Source of the DNA: an uncultured Desulfobacter sp.
GTDB taxonomy: Bacteria > Desulfobacterota > Desulfobacteria > Desulfobacterales > Desulfobacteraceae
Direction: 5' to 3'
Assembly (NCBI GenBank): GCA_963665095.1
Contig: OY762069.1
Coordinates: forward strand, 896,001 to 960,000
DNA length: 64,000 nt
Position numbers and translations under genes: made by a program. Every line of letters starts with the position of its first letter. Position 1 is the first letter of the stretch. Below are positions 22,661-32,453 of the stretch, in pieces. The notes beneath the pieces were generated by a model, which saw only the letters and a list, made by a program, of their open reading frames with translations, made no database searches and was not told the DNA's origin.

Positions 22661-24019
22661 ATGAAAATTTCAACATTCAATGATGATTTAATAGGTTTAA
22701 GAAAATTTGCAAATCAACTTGAACGATTTATTAAAATTGAACATCAATATGTTGATGGAGGTCTGGTAATTGGCTTAAGCTCAAAATTTGGTTCCGGAAA
22801 AAGTACATTCTTTCAAATGTGGAAGGCCGCGCTACAAGATAATCAAGACGAAAATAAACCTTTAGTAATTTTTCTTAATGCTTGGGAAAGCGACTATTAT
22901 GGTGATCCATTGTTTGCAATTATTTCGTCCCTTGTCGACGGTTTAATAAATGAAGGGGATTCTAATTCAGCCAATAAAATCATAGATGCAGTAAAAGATG
23001 TAAGCTGGTTTTCCACAGCAATTGGTGGACAAATAGTCAAAAAGATAACCGGGATAGATCCAGTTGCCGCAGGAGATCTCGCGGAGAAAAAGAAGAAAGG
23101 ACGAGACAGCAAAGACAATTTATTTTCTGATTCATTTTCGATATACGAAGGCCGAAAAAAAGCAATGCATTCATTAAAAAAGGCCATAGAAGATTTCGTT
23201 GAAAAAAACACCCTTCAAATATTATTTTTAGTTGATGAATTAGATCGCTGTAGACCTGATTATGCTATATCGTACTTGGAAACGATTAAACATATTTTTG
23301 ACATTAAAGGTGCCGTTTTTTTATTGGCTGCAGACCGAAGACATCTTGAAAATTCTGCCAAAACTGCGTTCGGACCTGATCTTGATTTCGATGAGTATTA
23401 TCGTAAGTTTATTCACAGAGAAGTCTCTCTTCCACAAATTTCTGATTCAAGTTACAAGTCTATAGCCTCAAAGTACGTTAGATATTATCTTGAGGGAAAC
23501 GGAGCCAGGAAATGCATTATGGCACTTGATAGTAGCCGTATAGACAACATAGTTGAGCTTGTTGGAAGTTTTAAGCTAACTCCGAGACAGATCCAAGAAA
23601 TATTCAGAATGCTCGGGCATATATTTGATACAACCGAAGATCATGAAGGCCGTTTGCTTTGGTGTGTTGCAGTTGGTTCGATATTGATGTCAGTTTTAAA
23701 ACTTGCTGATTCAAAAATTTATAACTTGTTAGGGAGCCAGCAATTAGCCCCCCAAAAGGCGTTAGATTATTTCAAAGTTCAATTGAAAGATTCATACGCT
23801 GATTGGTGGTTTGAGCTTTGCCTTACTGGAGGAGGATTAAAGTTTAACGAAAACGAAACCCTTGAAACGATAATGAAACAAGTTGGCTTAATGAATGAAG
23901 AAAATGCAGTGGCTGCATCTGGGCATTTGGGGCAATGGTATAGCGGCTGGGGGCATCGATCATCCAATAGATTTAAACAAATTTATCAAAAAATTGAACA
24001 TATAGAGCAATGGAATTAG
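22661..24019 (+). CDS. Cassette: KAP family P-loop NTPase
   Basis: FGSGKST Walker A, NAWESD, VDELDRC Walker B, YYRKFI; true start MKIS after an AAGGA RBS. Confidence 0.88.
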   Translation: MKISTFNDDLIGLRKFANQLERFIKIEHQYVDGGLVIGLSSKFGSGKSTFFQMWKAALQDNQDENKPLVIFLNAWESDYYGDPLFAIISSLVDGLINEGDSNSANKIIDAVKDVSWFSTAIGGQIVKKITGIDPVAAGDLAEKKKKGRDSKDNLFSDSFSIYEGRKKAMHSLKKAIEDFVEKNTLQILFLVDELDRCRPDYAISYLETIKHIFDIKGAVFLLAADRRHLENSAKTAFGPDLDFDEYYRKFIHREVSLPQISDSSYKSIASKYVRYYLEGNGARKCIMALDSSRIDNIVELVGSFKLTPRQIQEIFRMLGHIFDTTEDHEGRLLWCVAVGSILMSVLKLADSKIYNLLGSQQLAPQKALDYFKVQLKDSYADWWFELCLTGGGLKFNENETLETIMKQVGLMNEENAVAASGHLGQWYSGWGHRSSNRFKQIYQKIEHIEQWN

Positions 24020-24020
24020 A

Positions 24021-24331
24021 AGCCAATTAGGATAGGACTCCCCATCATCTGATTCGGGGTCGGGCCAAGCTAATAAGCTGAAATTTAAATGAATAGTCTT
24101 TAAAAACGCCCTCAAAACTGTCTTAAATGAATGTTTTTGGGGGCAAAATTGACATTTTAAGAGGATTAAAACCCGCTCGAGTCCTACCAAAAATTAATAA
24201 TCGCCGAACAAGCCAATGAACCCGACCGGGCTTACTGCGCGGCTTTTCGAAGGTGTCTGGTTAATGAAAATTTAAACTTTTACCTGGGCTTCTGCGGTTT
24301 AAAAGCCCGGCGGGTTATCTATACGTTATGT
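24021..24331 (+). repeat. attC (long type) split by a ~180-bp insert after AGCCA
   Basis: AGCCAA complements the cassette's GTTGGCT; attC body AACAAGCC...GTTATGT at 24207-24331. Confidence 0.7.
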
Positions 24332-24345
24332 GCAAAAATCACAAA

Positions 24346-24747
24346 ATGGAAATATTCAAAAAAATAGTAAGAGCTTTTTCAATTTTTATTTTGATAACAT
24401 CTATTTCAGTTTTGTTTGATAATAAGATATGGGAATATAATATTTTGTTTTTCTCAAATCTGATTAATTCAAAATATATTTTATTAGCTTTAACGAGTTC
24501 CTCAATTATAATATCGTTGGTTTTTCGTTTATATCATGGAATGATTATGTCAACTCACTTGAAGGACTCAGAAGATGCTCATAAGATTTCATTTTTTGGA
24601 ATGACCAATGTGGCTCACTACCCTAGTATATTGAATTCTATAGGGCTAAAAGCACGAAGAGAAATGATCTATTGGAATACAACAATTGTCATTTTATTGT
24701 TTAGTGCAGCGTTCATCATTGGAAAAGTGTTGGCAGAAATCACATAA
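24346..24747 (+). CDS. Cassette: hypothetical membrane protein
   Basis: Three hydrophobic segments; bounded by GTTATGT/ACATAAC. Confidence 0.6.
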   Translation: MEIFKKIVRAFSIFILITSISVLFDNKIWEYNILFFSNLINSKYILLALTSSSIIISLVFRLYHGMIMSTHLKDSEDAHKISFFGMTNVAHYPSILNSIGLKARREMIYWNTTIVILLFSAAFIIGKVLAEIT

Positions 24748-25049
24748 CCAATAAGGATTGATGCGACCTGACAAGGTCGCTTTCAATCCATTGTTCAAGA
24801 AGCCCGGGTTTCATATGGGTAAAGATTGATTGTGGTGCAGGCGGGGTAGGCAAGCACAGGGTGGAAATTGATAAAAAGTGCTTGCCGGTATGCTTTAACT
24901 TTTCAATTTTGAATAATTTTGACGTCGTTCTTTGAAAAACAGGACAGGTTCAGGGTTCGTTTTTCGGCCGCAGGACGTACTCGTCCCTGACGGTTCAGAA
25001 AACCGTTAAAAAACATGTATCCTAAAACCCGTTCCCTTTACGTTGAAGC

Positions 25050-26150
25050 CTATCCGAACCCAAAATCAGGCAACGGTAAGGGGCGGATATAGTAGATGTG
25101 ACATCTGAGCTTGAGGCCCGCCCCGCATTCCGGGCAAATTGGCTTTGGCGAAGATTTGGGTGTTTCTATAGGCCGCTGTTCTTTGAACCCCAGGGTTGAC
25201 TGGATAAGTGAACGGATTCGTTCAAGCGGGATGGAAGATCCCGGTCCCATGAAGCCATAATATCGGATTTTCATAAATCCTGTGGGCAGGACATGCTGAA
25301 GGAACCTGCGCATAAATTCCATTGTATCAAGGGTCATTTTCCGCAGGCGCCGGCTGCCGGGCTTTTTATAATGGAACATCACCTTCTGCTGATCGTAATG
25401 GATAATCCGGTAGTCGGAAATCGCCACTTTGAACACATAGGGGGCCAGGTATTTGATACTGTGGTGACTGGAAACGGCCTGGGAATTTACGTTGAACGGC
25501 TTTGACCAGACGTCCGGAGCAATACTTTGAAGTATTCCGGCCGTATTCAGCTGGGTTTTAAGCTTTGCTCTGAACACCTTGGACATGGCTTTGACCGGAG
25601 CGAAGAAGGCCGGACGGCAGGGATGCCATTTGCCGTCGGTCCGGGAATATGCTCCGCCGGGAACAACATAATGGATGTGCGGATGATACTGCATGGTCCG
25701 TCCCCAGGTGTGAAGGACTCCAAAAAAGCCGGGCAGATCACCGCCGATGAATTTGCTGTCCCTGGCAAAGGCTTTAAGTGTCTGTGAGGATGCCGCAAAC
25801 AGTGCCGCATAGGCCTCCTTCTGGTTGCTTCGAAACAGAGCGCGCAATTGTTCCGGGATGGTAAATGTTATCAGAAAATGAGGGCCCGGCAGTTGTCGTT
25901 CCAGCTGCCGGTCACGCCACTGGCGGGTTTTATGGTACTGGCATATGGGGCAGTGACGGTTTCCACAGGAACGAAAACCGAAATGTATCCGGCCGCAGCC
26001 GGTACAATCATAGACCACCAGGCCGCAGGCAGACGTCCGGCAGGAAATGATTGCCTTCAAGGCTTTTATGTGATTTTTTGGAATGCGGGTTTTATACCGA
26101 TGGAGGTATTCCCGGGCTGACCGGGCAAAAATGTTTTGAATGGCTCCCAT
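25050..26150 (-). CDS. IS91-like HUH/Y2 rolling-circle transposase
   Basis: Zn domain SCGNRHCPIC, LHTWG, HPHIH (HUH), YLAPY (Y2), FLQHVLP, IRYYG. Confidence 0.92.
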   Translation of the reverse strand: MGAIQNIFARSAREYLHRYKTRIPKNHIKALKAIISCRTSACGLVVYDCTGCGRIHFGFRSCGNRHCPICQYHKTRQWRDRQLERQLPGPHFLITFTIPEQLRALFRSNQKEAYAALFAASSQTLKAFARDSKFIGGDLPGFFGVLHTWGRTMQYHPHIHYVVPGGAYSRTDGKWHPCRPAFFAPVKAMSKVFRAKLKTQLNTAGILQSIAPDVWSKPFNVNSQAVSSHHSIKYLAPYVFKVAISDYRIIHYDQQKVMFHYKKPGSRRLRKMTLDTMEFMRRFLQHVLPTGFMKIRYYGFMGPGSSIPLERIRSLIQSTLGFKEQRPIETPKSSPKPICPECGAGLKLRCHIYYIRPLPLPDFGFG

Positions 26151-26152
26151 GG

Positions 26153-27022
26153 CTACACCTCCTTCATCAGATCATTGATAAGTCCGCAGGCGTGTTCATG
26201 CCCCTGGGTGGTCAGATGCAGGTAAACCATGGTGGTGGTCAGACTGCTGTGGCCCAGATACTGCTGGATGCGCCGGATGTTGACACCTGCTTCGAGCAGA
26301 TGGGTGGCGTAGCTGTGGCGAAGGGTGTGGATGGTGACCCGTTTTGTGATGGGCAAAGAGGTCAGTGTCTGTCTCAGGGCTCCCCTGACGGAATTGCTCC
26401 TCATGGGTTCTTCTGCTGTTGAGGCTTCTTTGCCGTTGCGTCCAAGTTTTGGAAAGATCAGTTTGGGGTTGCGATGGGTGGCCCAGTATTCACGCAGAAT
26501 AAAAAGTGTCTTTTCAGGCAGCGGCACGTATCGGTCCTTTGCGCCTTTGCCCCGATGGACATGGATGAACATGCGCTGGCTGTCAATGTCCCTGACCTGG
26601 AGGCTCAATCCCTCATTGAGCCTGAGACCGCAGGAGTAGACAGTGGTCAGGTAGGCTTTGTTCCAGGGTGTCCGGACAGCAGTAAGAATGGACTTAACCT
26701 CGTTAATACTGAGTACGGATGGTAACCGCTGTTCCCGTTTGGCATTAATCAGGGCAAGCGTATGCCAGTCCCGCTGCAGCACATTGATGAAGAAGAACTT
26801 TATGCCGCTGTAGCAGATACGCATGGTGGCGGCAGACCATTGATCAACGTTTTTGCGATGGAGAAAATAATCCTGCAGTTCCCGCTCGGTGATTTCATCA
26901 GGGGTTTTGCCGAAGAAATCGACCAGCATACGGATAGCGCGGGTGTAGTTCTTTTGAGTGGAAGTGCTCATCCCGGCAAGTTGCAGGGCCCTCATTGATT
27001 GTTGATAATAATCGCTCATCAT
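26153..27022 (-). CDS. Tyrosine recombinase (N-terminal SAM-like domain, no IntI insert)
   Basis: [33 protein letters not shown]; start MMSDYY after AAGGAG. Confidence 0.92.
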   Translation of the reverse strand: MMSDYYQQSMRALQLAGMSTSTQKNYTRAIRMLVDFFGKTPDEITERELQDYFLHRKNVDQWSAATMRICYSGIKFFFINVLQRDWHTLALINAKREQRLPSVLSINEVKSILTAVRTPWNKAYLTTVYSCGLRLNEGLSLQVRDIDSQRMFIHVHRGKGAKDRYVPLPEKTLFILREYWATHRNPKLIFPKLGRNGKEASTAEEPMRSNSVRGALRQTLTSLPITKRVTIHTLRHSYATHLLEAGVNIRRIQQYLGHSSLTTTMVYLHLTTQGHEHACGLINDLMKEV

Positions 27023-27154
27023 ACCGTCTCCTTTCATGTGAAGGGTTAATTGGATTGGCGTCCAGATACGATACGATGAAAATGACGGGCAATGCAACTT
27101 GCCGATTTTATTAATTAGAGTAGTTGTTTGGCTGCCGCGTAGCGGCTTACTTGA

Positions 27155-29065
27155 ATCGGGATAGGACTCCCCATCACTGAGGAGCCCTCCCACACCACCC
27201 GGCATACGGATCACGTACCAAGGCGGTTCGGCTGATTTCGGAAATCAGTTCCCGGGCAGATATAATCCTTTTTTGACAAAATACATTTCAGGCATGGCAA
27301 TGGCCACCCACTTGATTTTGCTCATGTGCCAGTACTTTTTACGGGCGTTACCGCAAAGCATGGCGTCCCCATGCGAAATACCAAGTTTTTCCAGGTTACG
27401 AACCCTGGTTCCAGGGTTTTTCCATTGTTTCCAGACAAGACTTCTCAGCCGTCGCAGTATCCAGACCTTGAGTTCTTTCAGAAAATAGAGGGTTTCCGTG
27501 AGCCGGAAATAACCCCACCATCCACGAATGTACTGGTTCAAGTCCTGAATCACCTGCCACAGGCTTTTGCCCCGTTTACGGCTGGTTAATTCCCGGACCT
27601 TGTCCTTGAACCGTTTCATGCTCTTGGCGTGAATCCGGATCTTGGACTGCCCACACATTTGAAAATATGTGAATCCTAAGAATTTGCTCAGCCAGGGTCT
27701 GCTGACAGCACTTTTCTCCTGGTTTACTTTGAGCTTGAGTTTCACCGTCAGAAACCGGGTGATACTCTCCATAACCCTTTCGGCAGCCTTGCGGCTTTTG
27801 CAGAAAATCATAAAATCATCGGCATACCGAACATACCGGTGGCCTCGTTTCTCCAACTCTTTATCCAGTTCATCCAGGACAATATTGGACAGCAGCGGAG
27901 AAAGAGGACCTCCCTGGGGAGTCCCTTCTTCTGTAGGCACCGTGACGCCCGAGACCAGCACACCAGACCTCAGATATTGTCGTATTACCTTCAATACGCG
28001 CTTATCTTTTATTCTTCTGGCGAGTCTGCTCATCAGGCGGTCGTGCGAAACTCGGTCAAAAAATTTCGACAGGTCCATATCAACGACATAGGTATAACCT
28101 TCAACCATGTACCTTTTACCCTGCATTACCGCATCGTGTGCGGATCTGCCGGGCCTGAACCCATAACTGTGTTCAGAGAAAAAGGGGTCCCAGATCTGTT
28201 CCAGGACCTGGGATATGGCCTGTTGAATAAACCGGTCAAGCACCGTGGGTATTCCAAGTAAACGGATTCCGCCGTCTGGTTTGGGGATTTCCTTCCTTTT
28301 AACCGGTAGCGGTTTGTGCCTGCCGTTAAGCAGGTCTTGTTTGATTTCATGCCAGTGCTTTGCAAGGTAGCTGCCAAGCTGGCTGGTTTTCATACCATCC
28401 ACCCCAGGGGCACCCTTGTTTGCACAGACATGTTTCCATGCCAGGATAATGTTGTTGCGTTCAAGGATCATCTCCATTAACCGGGCATTGTTTCCCAGAC
28501 GTTCGGCAATTTGTGACGCTGGAAACAGTTCCATCTGCTGTGGCGATCTGTTCACAAGTACACATCTCCTATTTGTCGTTATCATTTACCCGGACCATTC
28601 GGCCCGGGCACCGTTCAGGCCTTCACCGGGGTGAGTCCTCCCTGGTTTGCAGGGCTCGTTTCCTCCGCCTACTATGCCTTCTGCTGACTTCTCCCATGCG
28701 GTCAGAGTCGGTTACCCGCCCCTCAGCCGTTACGGCACATGGGAGATCTCCCGGGGTAAACACGTGTCTTTCAGTACGTGAATGCCGGATTTACGGACAT
28801 ACCCTGTAATGGATAGAGGACTTCACCTTGTTGTGCAGGCTCGTCCCGGTATGTGCGCCTTATATCCGATTCCTGTACGTCATCCCGTACTTTTGCGGTA
28901 CCTTGCCTCAGCAAGGCGGCTTCCTTCCGAAGCACCGTCACCGGTACCCCGTTGCACTACCACTACACCCTTCGCCTCCATCCGGCTGGGCCTAAGACTT
29001 GCCAAACGCATTGAAATCGTTTACGTTTGACTCACTTTTAAGAACACGTGCCGTGCCCGGCACAC
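27155..29065 (-). mobile_element. Group IIC-attC intron, full length
   Basis: 5' GTGTG, 3' domain V/VI ending CCTATCCCGAT; insertion site TTTGT|TCAAG on the bottom strand. Confidence 0.92.
27245..28585 (-). CDS. ltrA: Group II intron reverse transcriptase/maturase (class C-like, no endonuclease)
   Basis: GAPGVDG, GTPQGGPLSP, VRYADDF, maturase GWWGYF. Confidence 0.93.
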   Translation of the reverse strand: MITTNRRCVLVNRSPQQMELFPASQIAERLGNNARLMEMILERNNIILAWKHVCANKGAPGVDGMKTSQLGSYLAKHWHEIKQDLLNGRHKPLPVKRKEIPKPDGGIRLLGIPTVLDRFIQQAISQVLEQIWDPFFSEHSYGFRPGRSAHDAVMQGKRYMVEGYTYVVDMDLSKFFDRVSHDRLMSRLARRIKDKRVLKVIRQYLRSGVLVSGVTVPTEEGTPQGGPLSPLLSNIVLDELDKELEKRGHRYVRYADDFMIFCKSRKAAERVMESITRFLTVKLKLKVNQEKSAVSRPWLSKFLGFTYFQMCGQSKIRIHAKSMKRFKDKVRELTSRKRGKSLWQVIQDLNQYIRGWWGYFRLTETLYFLKELKVWILRRLRSLVWKQWKNPGTRVRNLEKLGISHGDAMLCGNARKKYWHMSKIKWVAIAMPEMYFVKKGLYLPGN

Positions 29066-29190
29066 ACAAAACGCTGGAGCGGGACCAGGCTTACTGCGCG
29101 GCCTTTCGGGAGTTCCTGGTTCAGGAAAATTTAAACTTTTGTCGGAGTTTTTGGGGTTTAAAAGCCTGGCCCCTCAGCTCCCCGTTGTGG
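29066..29190 (+). repeat. attC body (long host type)
   Basis: ACAAAACGCTGGAG...CCAGGC...GCCTGGCCCCTCAGCTCCCC-GTTGTGG; closely similar to 60384-60508 and 43514-43626. Confidence 0.85.
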
Positions 29191-29258
29191 GTTAAAAACC
29201 AACGTGATACAGAAAAAGACATATTGAAAATCATGTCACCCGGTGCTATATTGTTGTT

Positions 29259-29627
29259 ATGCGAAAATTAATGACAAAGCACTTTGCGAAATGGGCTTCA
29301 AAGCAAAAAATACTGATCGATGACTTGGAAACAGCATTGGAAGAAGTCGGTAGTGGAAATTACGAAGCAAATTTGGGCGGACACATTTACAAAAAAAGAA
29401 TTCGGTTCCCTGGTCAAGGCAAAAGCGGTAGTGGAAGAACGATTGTTTGCTATAAAAAAGGGAGCAGAATTATTTTCATCCATGGATTCTCAAAAAATGA
29501 AAAATCAAACCTTTCACCCAAAGAGCTATTTGTCTTCAAGGAACTTGCTAAAATTTTACTTTCATTTTCTGAAAGGGAAATTGATATAGCAGTCCAAAAT
29601 GGTGATTTAAAAGAGGTGGCAACATGA
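29259..29627 (+). CDS. Cassette: type II TA toxin, RelE/ParE family
   Basis: ANLGGHIYKKRI, GKSGSGRTI, FSKNEKSNL; overlaps the HTH antitoxin gene. Confidence 0.88.
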   Translation: MRKLMTKHFAKWASKQKILIDDLETALEEVGSGNYEANLGGHIYKKRIRFPGQGKSGSGRTIVCYKKGSRIIFIHGFSKNEKSNLSPKELFVFKELAKILLSFSEREIDIAVQNGDLKEVAT

Positions 29628-29929
29628 GAAAATCAATTTCAGATTCAATTACCGAAACCGTAAGGGACTTAAATAAAAGTGGGCTTGTGGATGACATTAC
29701 TTTAAGAAATATTGAAAAATTATGTCTTCCAGAAGTTAAAGACTATTCCCCCAAAAACATAACCGAAATCCGAAAAAGATTTAATTTAAGCCAAGCTGCG
29801 TTAGCAAGCGTTTTCAATATTAGTACCTCTACTGTACAGAAGTGGGAACAGGGGAATAAAAAACCTACAGGAGCCTCAAGGAAATTGTTGGATATCATGG
29901 AAAGAAAAGGCTTAGAGGCTTTAATATAA
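29624..29929 (+). CDS. Cassette: Xre/HTH antitoxin
   Basis: LSQAALASVFNISTSTVQKWEQG. Confidence 0.88.
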   Translation: MRKSISDSITETVRDLNKSGLVDDITLRNIEKLCLPEVKDYSPKNITEIRKRFNLSQAALASVFNISTSTVQKWEQGNKKPTGASRKLLDIMERKGLEALI

Positions 29930-30245
29930 CTCGCACAACAAAATAAGGATTAGTAACCGTGCTGAGGCACGAAGCTCGGTACTAATCCTTTGGTTCAAGA
30001 AGCCGCGGGTGTATAGGGGGAAAGGTTACCGGTTTTCTGGATGGGTTAATGATCAGGTCTGATGAAAACTTAAAAAACGGCCTTTCTTTTGATGTGAAAA
30101 CCAGAAGTCCGGCCGATTTTCAGTTGTTAAAACCCGGTTCAAAACCTTAGGTATCTGCAATATTGCGCACGAATAGCGCAACATGCCTGGTGATAGATCA
30201 GGCTGTTTGTAAAAAAGGCCCAAACCGGGTCAAAAAAATGTGCAG

Positions 30246-31331
30246 TTACCGGGGTTTGCCCCGGGATTCAGGTTTTACAAAGAAAATGAATTTCAAATCA
30301 TGTCCGCAATGGCTGCATTTAATGCCGGGGATTGCAGGCTCCCGGATTTCAGTAAAAAGCGCAATAATGTCATGGATGAATGAGATCAGTTCACGGATTT
30401 TTTCAATGGGTAATGCACTGTTGGGATTAAGAAATCCATAATGCCGGATTTTCATAAATCCCTTGGGAAGAACATGTTGCAAGAACCTTCTGATAAATTC
30501 CATGGCATCCAGAGCCATGGTTTTCCATTTTTTCTTTTCACGATCCTTGTACGAAAATTTAATGACACCATTTTCAATGCTTTTGATGCGGTTATTGGAG
30601 ATGGCCACCCGGAAAACATATCTTGAAAGATATCGCAGGCAATTTTGTCCCTGCCCCACTGATTGGCTGTCAATCACCCACTGCTGTTTCCAGACGGCCG
30701 GATCAATTTTGTTGAGCAGTCCGGCTTTTTTCATCGCATTCTTGAATTTGGCTTTGAAAATAATCTCCAAGGGTTTTGTGTGAACAAATAAATCCTGCCT
30801 GGAAGCAAGCCATAGGTTTTTACCGGATAAAGCACCACCGGGGATGATCAGATGTAAATGGGGGTGATACTGGAGCATGCCGCCCCATGTGTGGAGACCG
30901 GCCAGGTATCCAATTTGGTCCGATCCGACAAACCGCTTGTCTTGTGCTAATTTTTTCAATGCTTTATTGGTGCATGAAAACAGGGCGCTGTAGGTTTGTC
31001 TTTGATGTGATCTTACAACGTCCCGAAGACCTTGCGGCAGTGTGATCGTTAACAAAAAATAGTGAGTCGGCAGCAATTTTTTCATTTGCTGAACAAGCCA
31101 TTGATCTGCTTTACTCTGTTGACAGTTGGGGCAATGGCGGTTGTCGCAGCAGCAGTGGATCAGATGCAGATTTTTGCAGTCGCTGCATTCATACACCATT
31201 GTACCAAAGGAGCCGCTTCGGCACTGAATGATATCCCGGATGGTTTTTTTATGGGCCTTGGGCATTCGATCCCCATAAAGTGCCATATATTGGGCGCCAT
31301 ACATCTGAAAGATTTTTTGAATGGCGCTCAT
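30246..31331 (-). CDS. IS91-like HUH/Y2 transposase
   Basis: NRHCPNC, LHTWG, HPHLH, YLSRY, FLQHVLP. Confidence 0.92.
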   Translation of the reverse strand: MSAIQKIFQMYGAQYMALYGDRMPKAHKKTIRDIIQCRSGSFGTMVYECSDCKNLHLIHCCCDNRHCPNCQQSKADQWLVQQMKKLLPTHYFLLTITLPQGLRDVVRSHQRQTYSALFSCTNKALKKLAQDKRFVGSDQIGYLAGLHTWGGMLQYHPHLHLIIPGGALSGKNLWLASRQDLFVHTKPLEIIFKAKFKNAMKKAGLLNKIDPAVWKQQWVIDSQSVGQGQNCLRYLSRYVFRVAISNNRIKSIENGVIKFSYKDREKKKWKTMALDAMEFIRRFLQHVLPKGFMKIRHYGFLNPNSALPIEKIRELISFIHDIIALFTEIREPAIPGIKCSHCGHDLKFIFFVKPESRGKPR

Positions 31332-32203
31332 GACAACACCCCCTGCATGACTTTGGAAACCCTGTCATTGGAATCAACCCGGGCCTGTGTGGTCACATGC
31401 AGATAAATCATGGTACTTTTAAGGGTTTTATGACCCAATATTTTTTGAACATGCCGTATGGGGATATTGGCTTCGAGCAGATGAGTTGCATAGGCATGGC
31501 GGAATACATGAGGGTGGACATGTTTTTTAAACTTCATGCGTTTTAAAGTGGATCGTAAAACGCCTTGAACACCACTTTGGCTCACATGATTTTCGGCATA
31601 TTGGGCATCTTTACCGCCATTGCGGCCCAGGGCAGGGAAAATCCATTTAGAATTGCGATGGGTTTTATAGTAGTCTCGCAAAGCCGACAGGGTTATTGGG
31701 GGTAAGGGGACGGTCCTGTCCCGGAAACCCTTTCCTCCGTGAATATGCACAAGTCCCCTGTCAGAAAGGATATCCTTGACCTGAAGCGTTGTTGCTTCCC
31801 TCAAACGCAGGCCCATGGAATATAAGGTCAAATAAAATGTATAACTTTGTACGGTGGGAAGGGCATATATAATTTTCCTGACTTCCTCCAGGCTCAGAAT
31901 AGTTGGTAAGGTCTCCTCGCGCTTCCATTGGATTTCGTTGAAAAGGTTCCAGGATCTGACCAGGGTTCTGCTGAAAAAATGTTGGATGCCGGAATAACTG
32001 ATACGCAGTGTGGCTGCACTCCAGCCAAGTTCGTTTTGACAGCTAAGCCAATATTGACGCAGCTGTTCTTCGCTGATATCTTCTAAGGGTTGATTGTAAA
32101 ACCGCTGCAGCTTTAAAACTGCGCCGGTATAGGATTGAATGCTGCGGTCAGCATATCCTGCTAACTGGAGGTCTTCTTTAAAACGTTTGATTAATTTGCT
32201 CGT
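31328..32203 (-). CDS. Tyrosine recombinase with ACG (probably mutated ATG) start
   Basis: Frame is open from ACG at 32203 (AAGGA RBS): SKLIKRFKEDLQLAGYADRSIQSY...; YSMGLR, HVFRHAYATHLL, STMIY. Confidence 0.8.
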   Translation of the reverse strand, partial: TSKLIKRFKEDLQLAGYADRSIQSYTGAVLKLQRFYNQPLEDISEEQLRQYWLSCQNELGWSAATLRISYSGIQHFFSRTLVRSWNLFNEIQWKREETLPTILSLEEVRKIIYALPTVQSYTFYLTLYSMGLRLREATTLQVKDILSDRGLVHIHGGKGFRDRTVPLPPITLSALRDYYKTHRNSKWIFPALGRNGGKDAQYAENHVSQSGVQGVLRSTLKRMKFKKHVHPHVFRHAYATHLLEANIPIRHVQKILGHKTLKSTMIYLHVTTQARVDSNDRVSKVMQGVLS

Positions 32204-32328
32204 GGTATCTTCCTTTCTTCTTTAACCTTGTCGGGCGGAAGATACCGACCTGCAAACCGGTAATTAGAAGATACCATGAGCAATGTAATTGAACAATGCT
32301 GCGAGGCGGAGCCTGCGCGTAGCGCTTA

Positions 32329-32453
32329 CTTGAACAAGCCGTTGCAGCCGATCCGGGGTTCTAGCGGCTTTTTGAAAGTGCTCGGTTTTCGAAAATGTTT
32401 GGCTTTTACAATCTGCTCGGCACAAGCCCCGGGCGGCTGAACTACACGTTATA
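32329..32453 (+). repeat. attC (long host type)
   Basis: CTTGAAC-AAGCC-GTTGCAGCCG...CGGCTGAAC-TACAC-GTTATA; similar to 40293-40400. Confidence 0.85.

Larger units (their letters stand above)
24749..27154 (-). mobile_element. Element A: tyrosine recombinase + IS91-like transposase inserted at the attC AAC core
   Basis: Left end AATAAGGATT-hairpin-AATCC-GTTCAAGAAGCC; right end GCCGC-GTA-GCGGC-TTACTTGA(AC); host attC resumes at 29066. Confidence 0.85.
29940..32335 (-). mobile_element. Element B: tyrosine recombinase + IS91-like transposase inserted at the attC AAC core
   Basis: Same terminal architecture as element A: AATAAGGATT-hairpin-AATCC-GTTCAAGAAGCC ... GCGC-GTA-GCGC-TTACTTGAAC; AAC present at both junctions. 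Confidence 0.85.

Noticed and set aside
28782..29030. 82-aa ORF repeated at 48326 and 60100
   Set aside because: Antisense reading of conserved intron RNA domains, not a gene family.
26153..32203. The two extra tyrosine recombinases as additional integron integrases
   Set aside because: They lack the IntI-specific insert and are coupled to IS91-like transposase genes.
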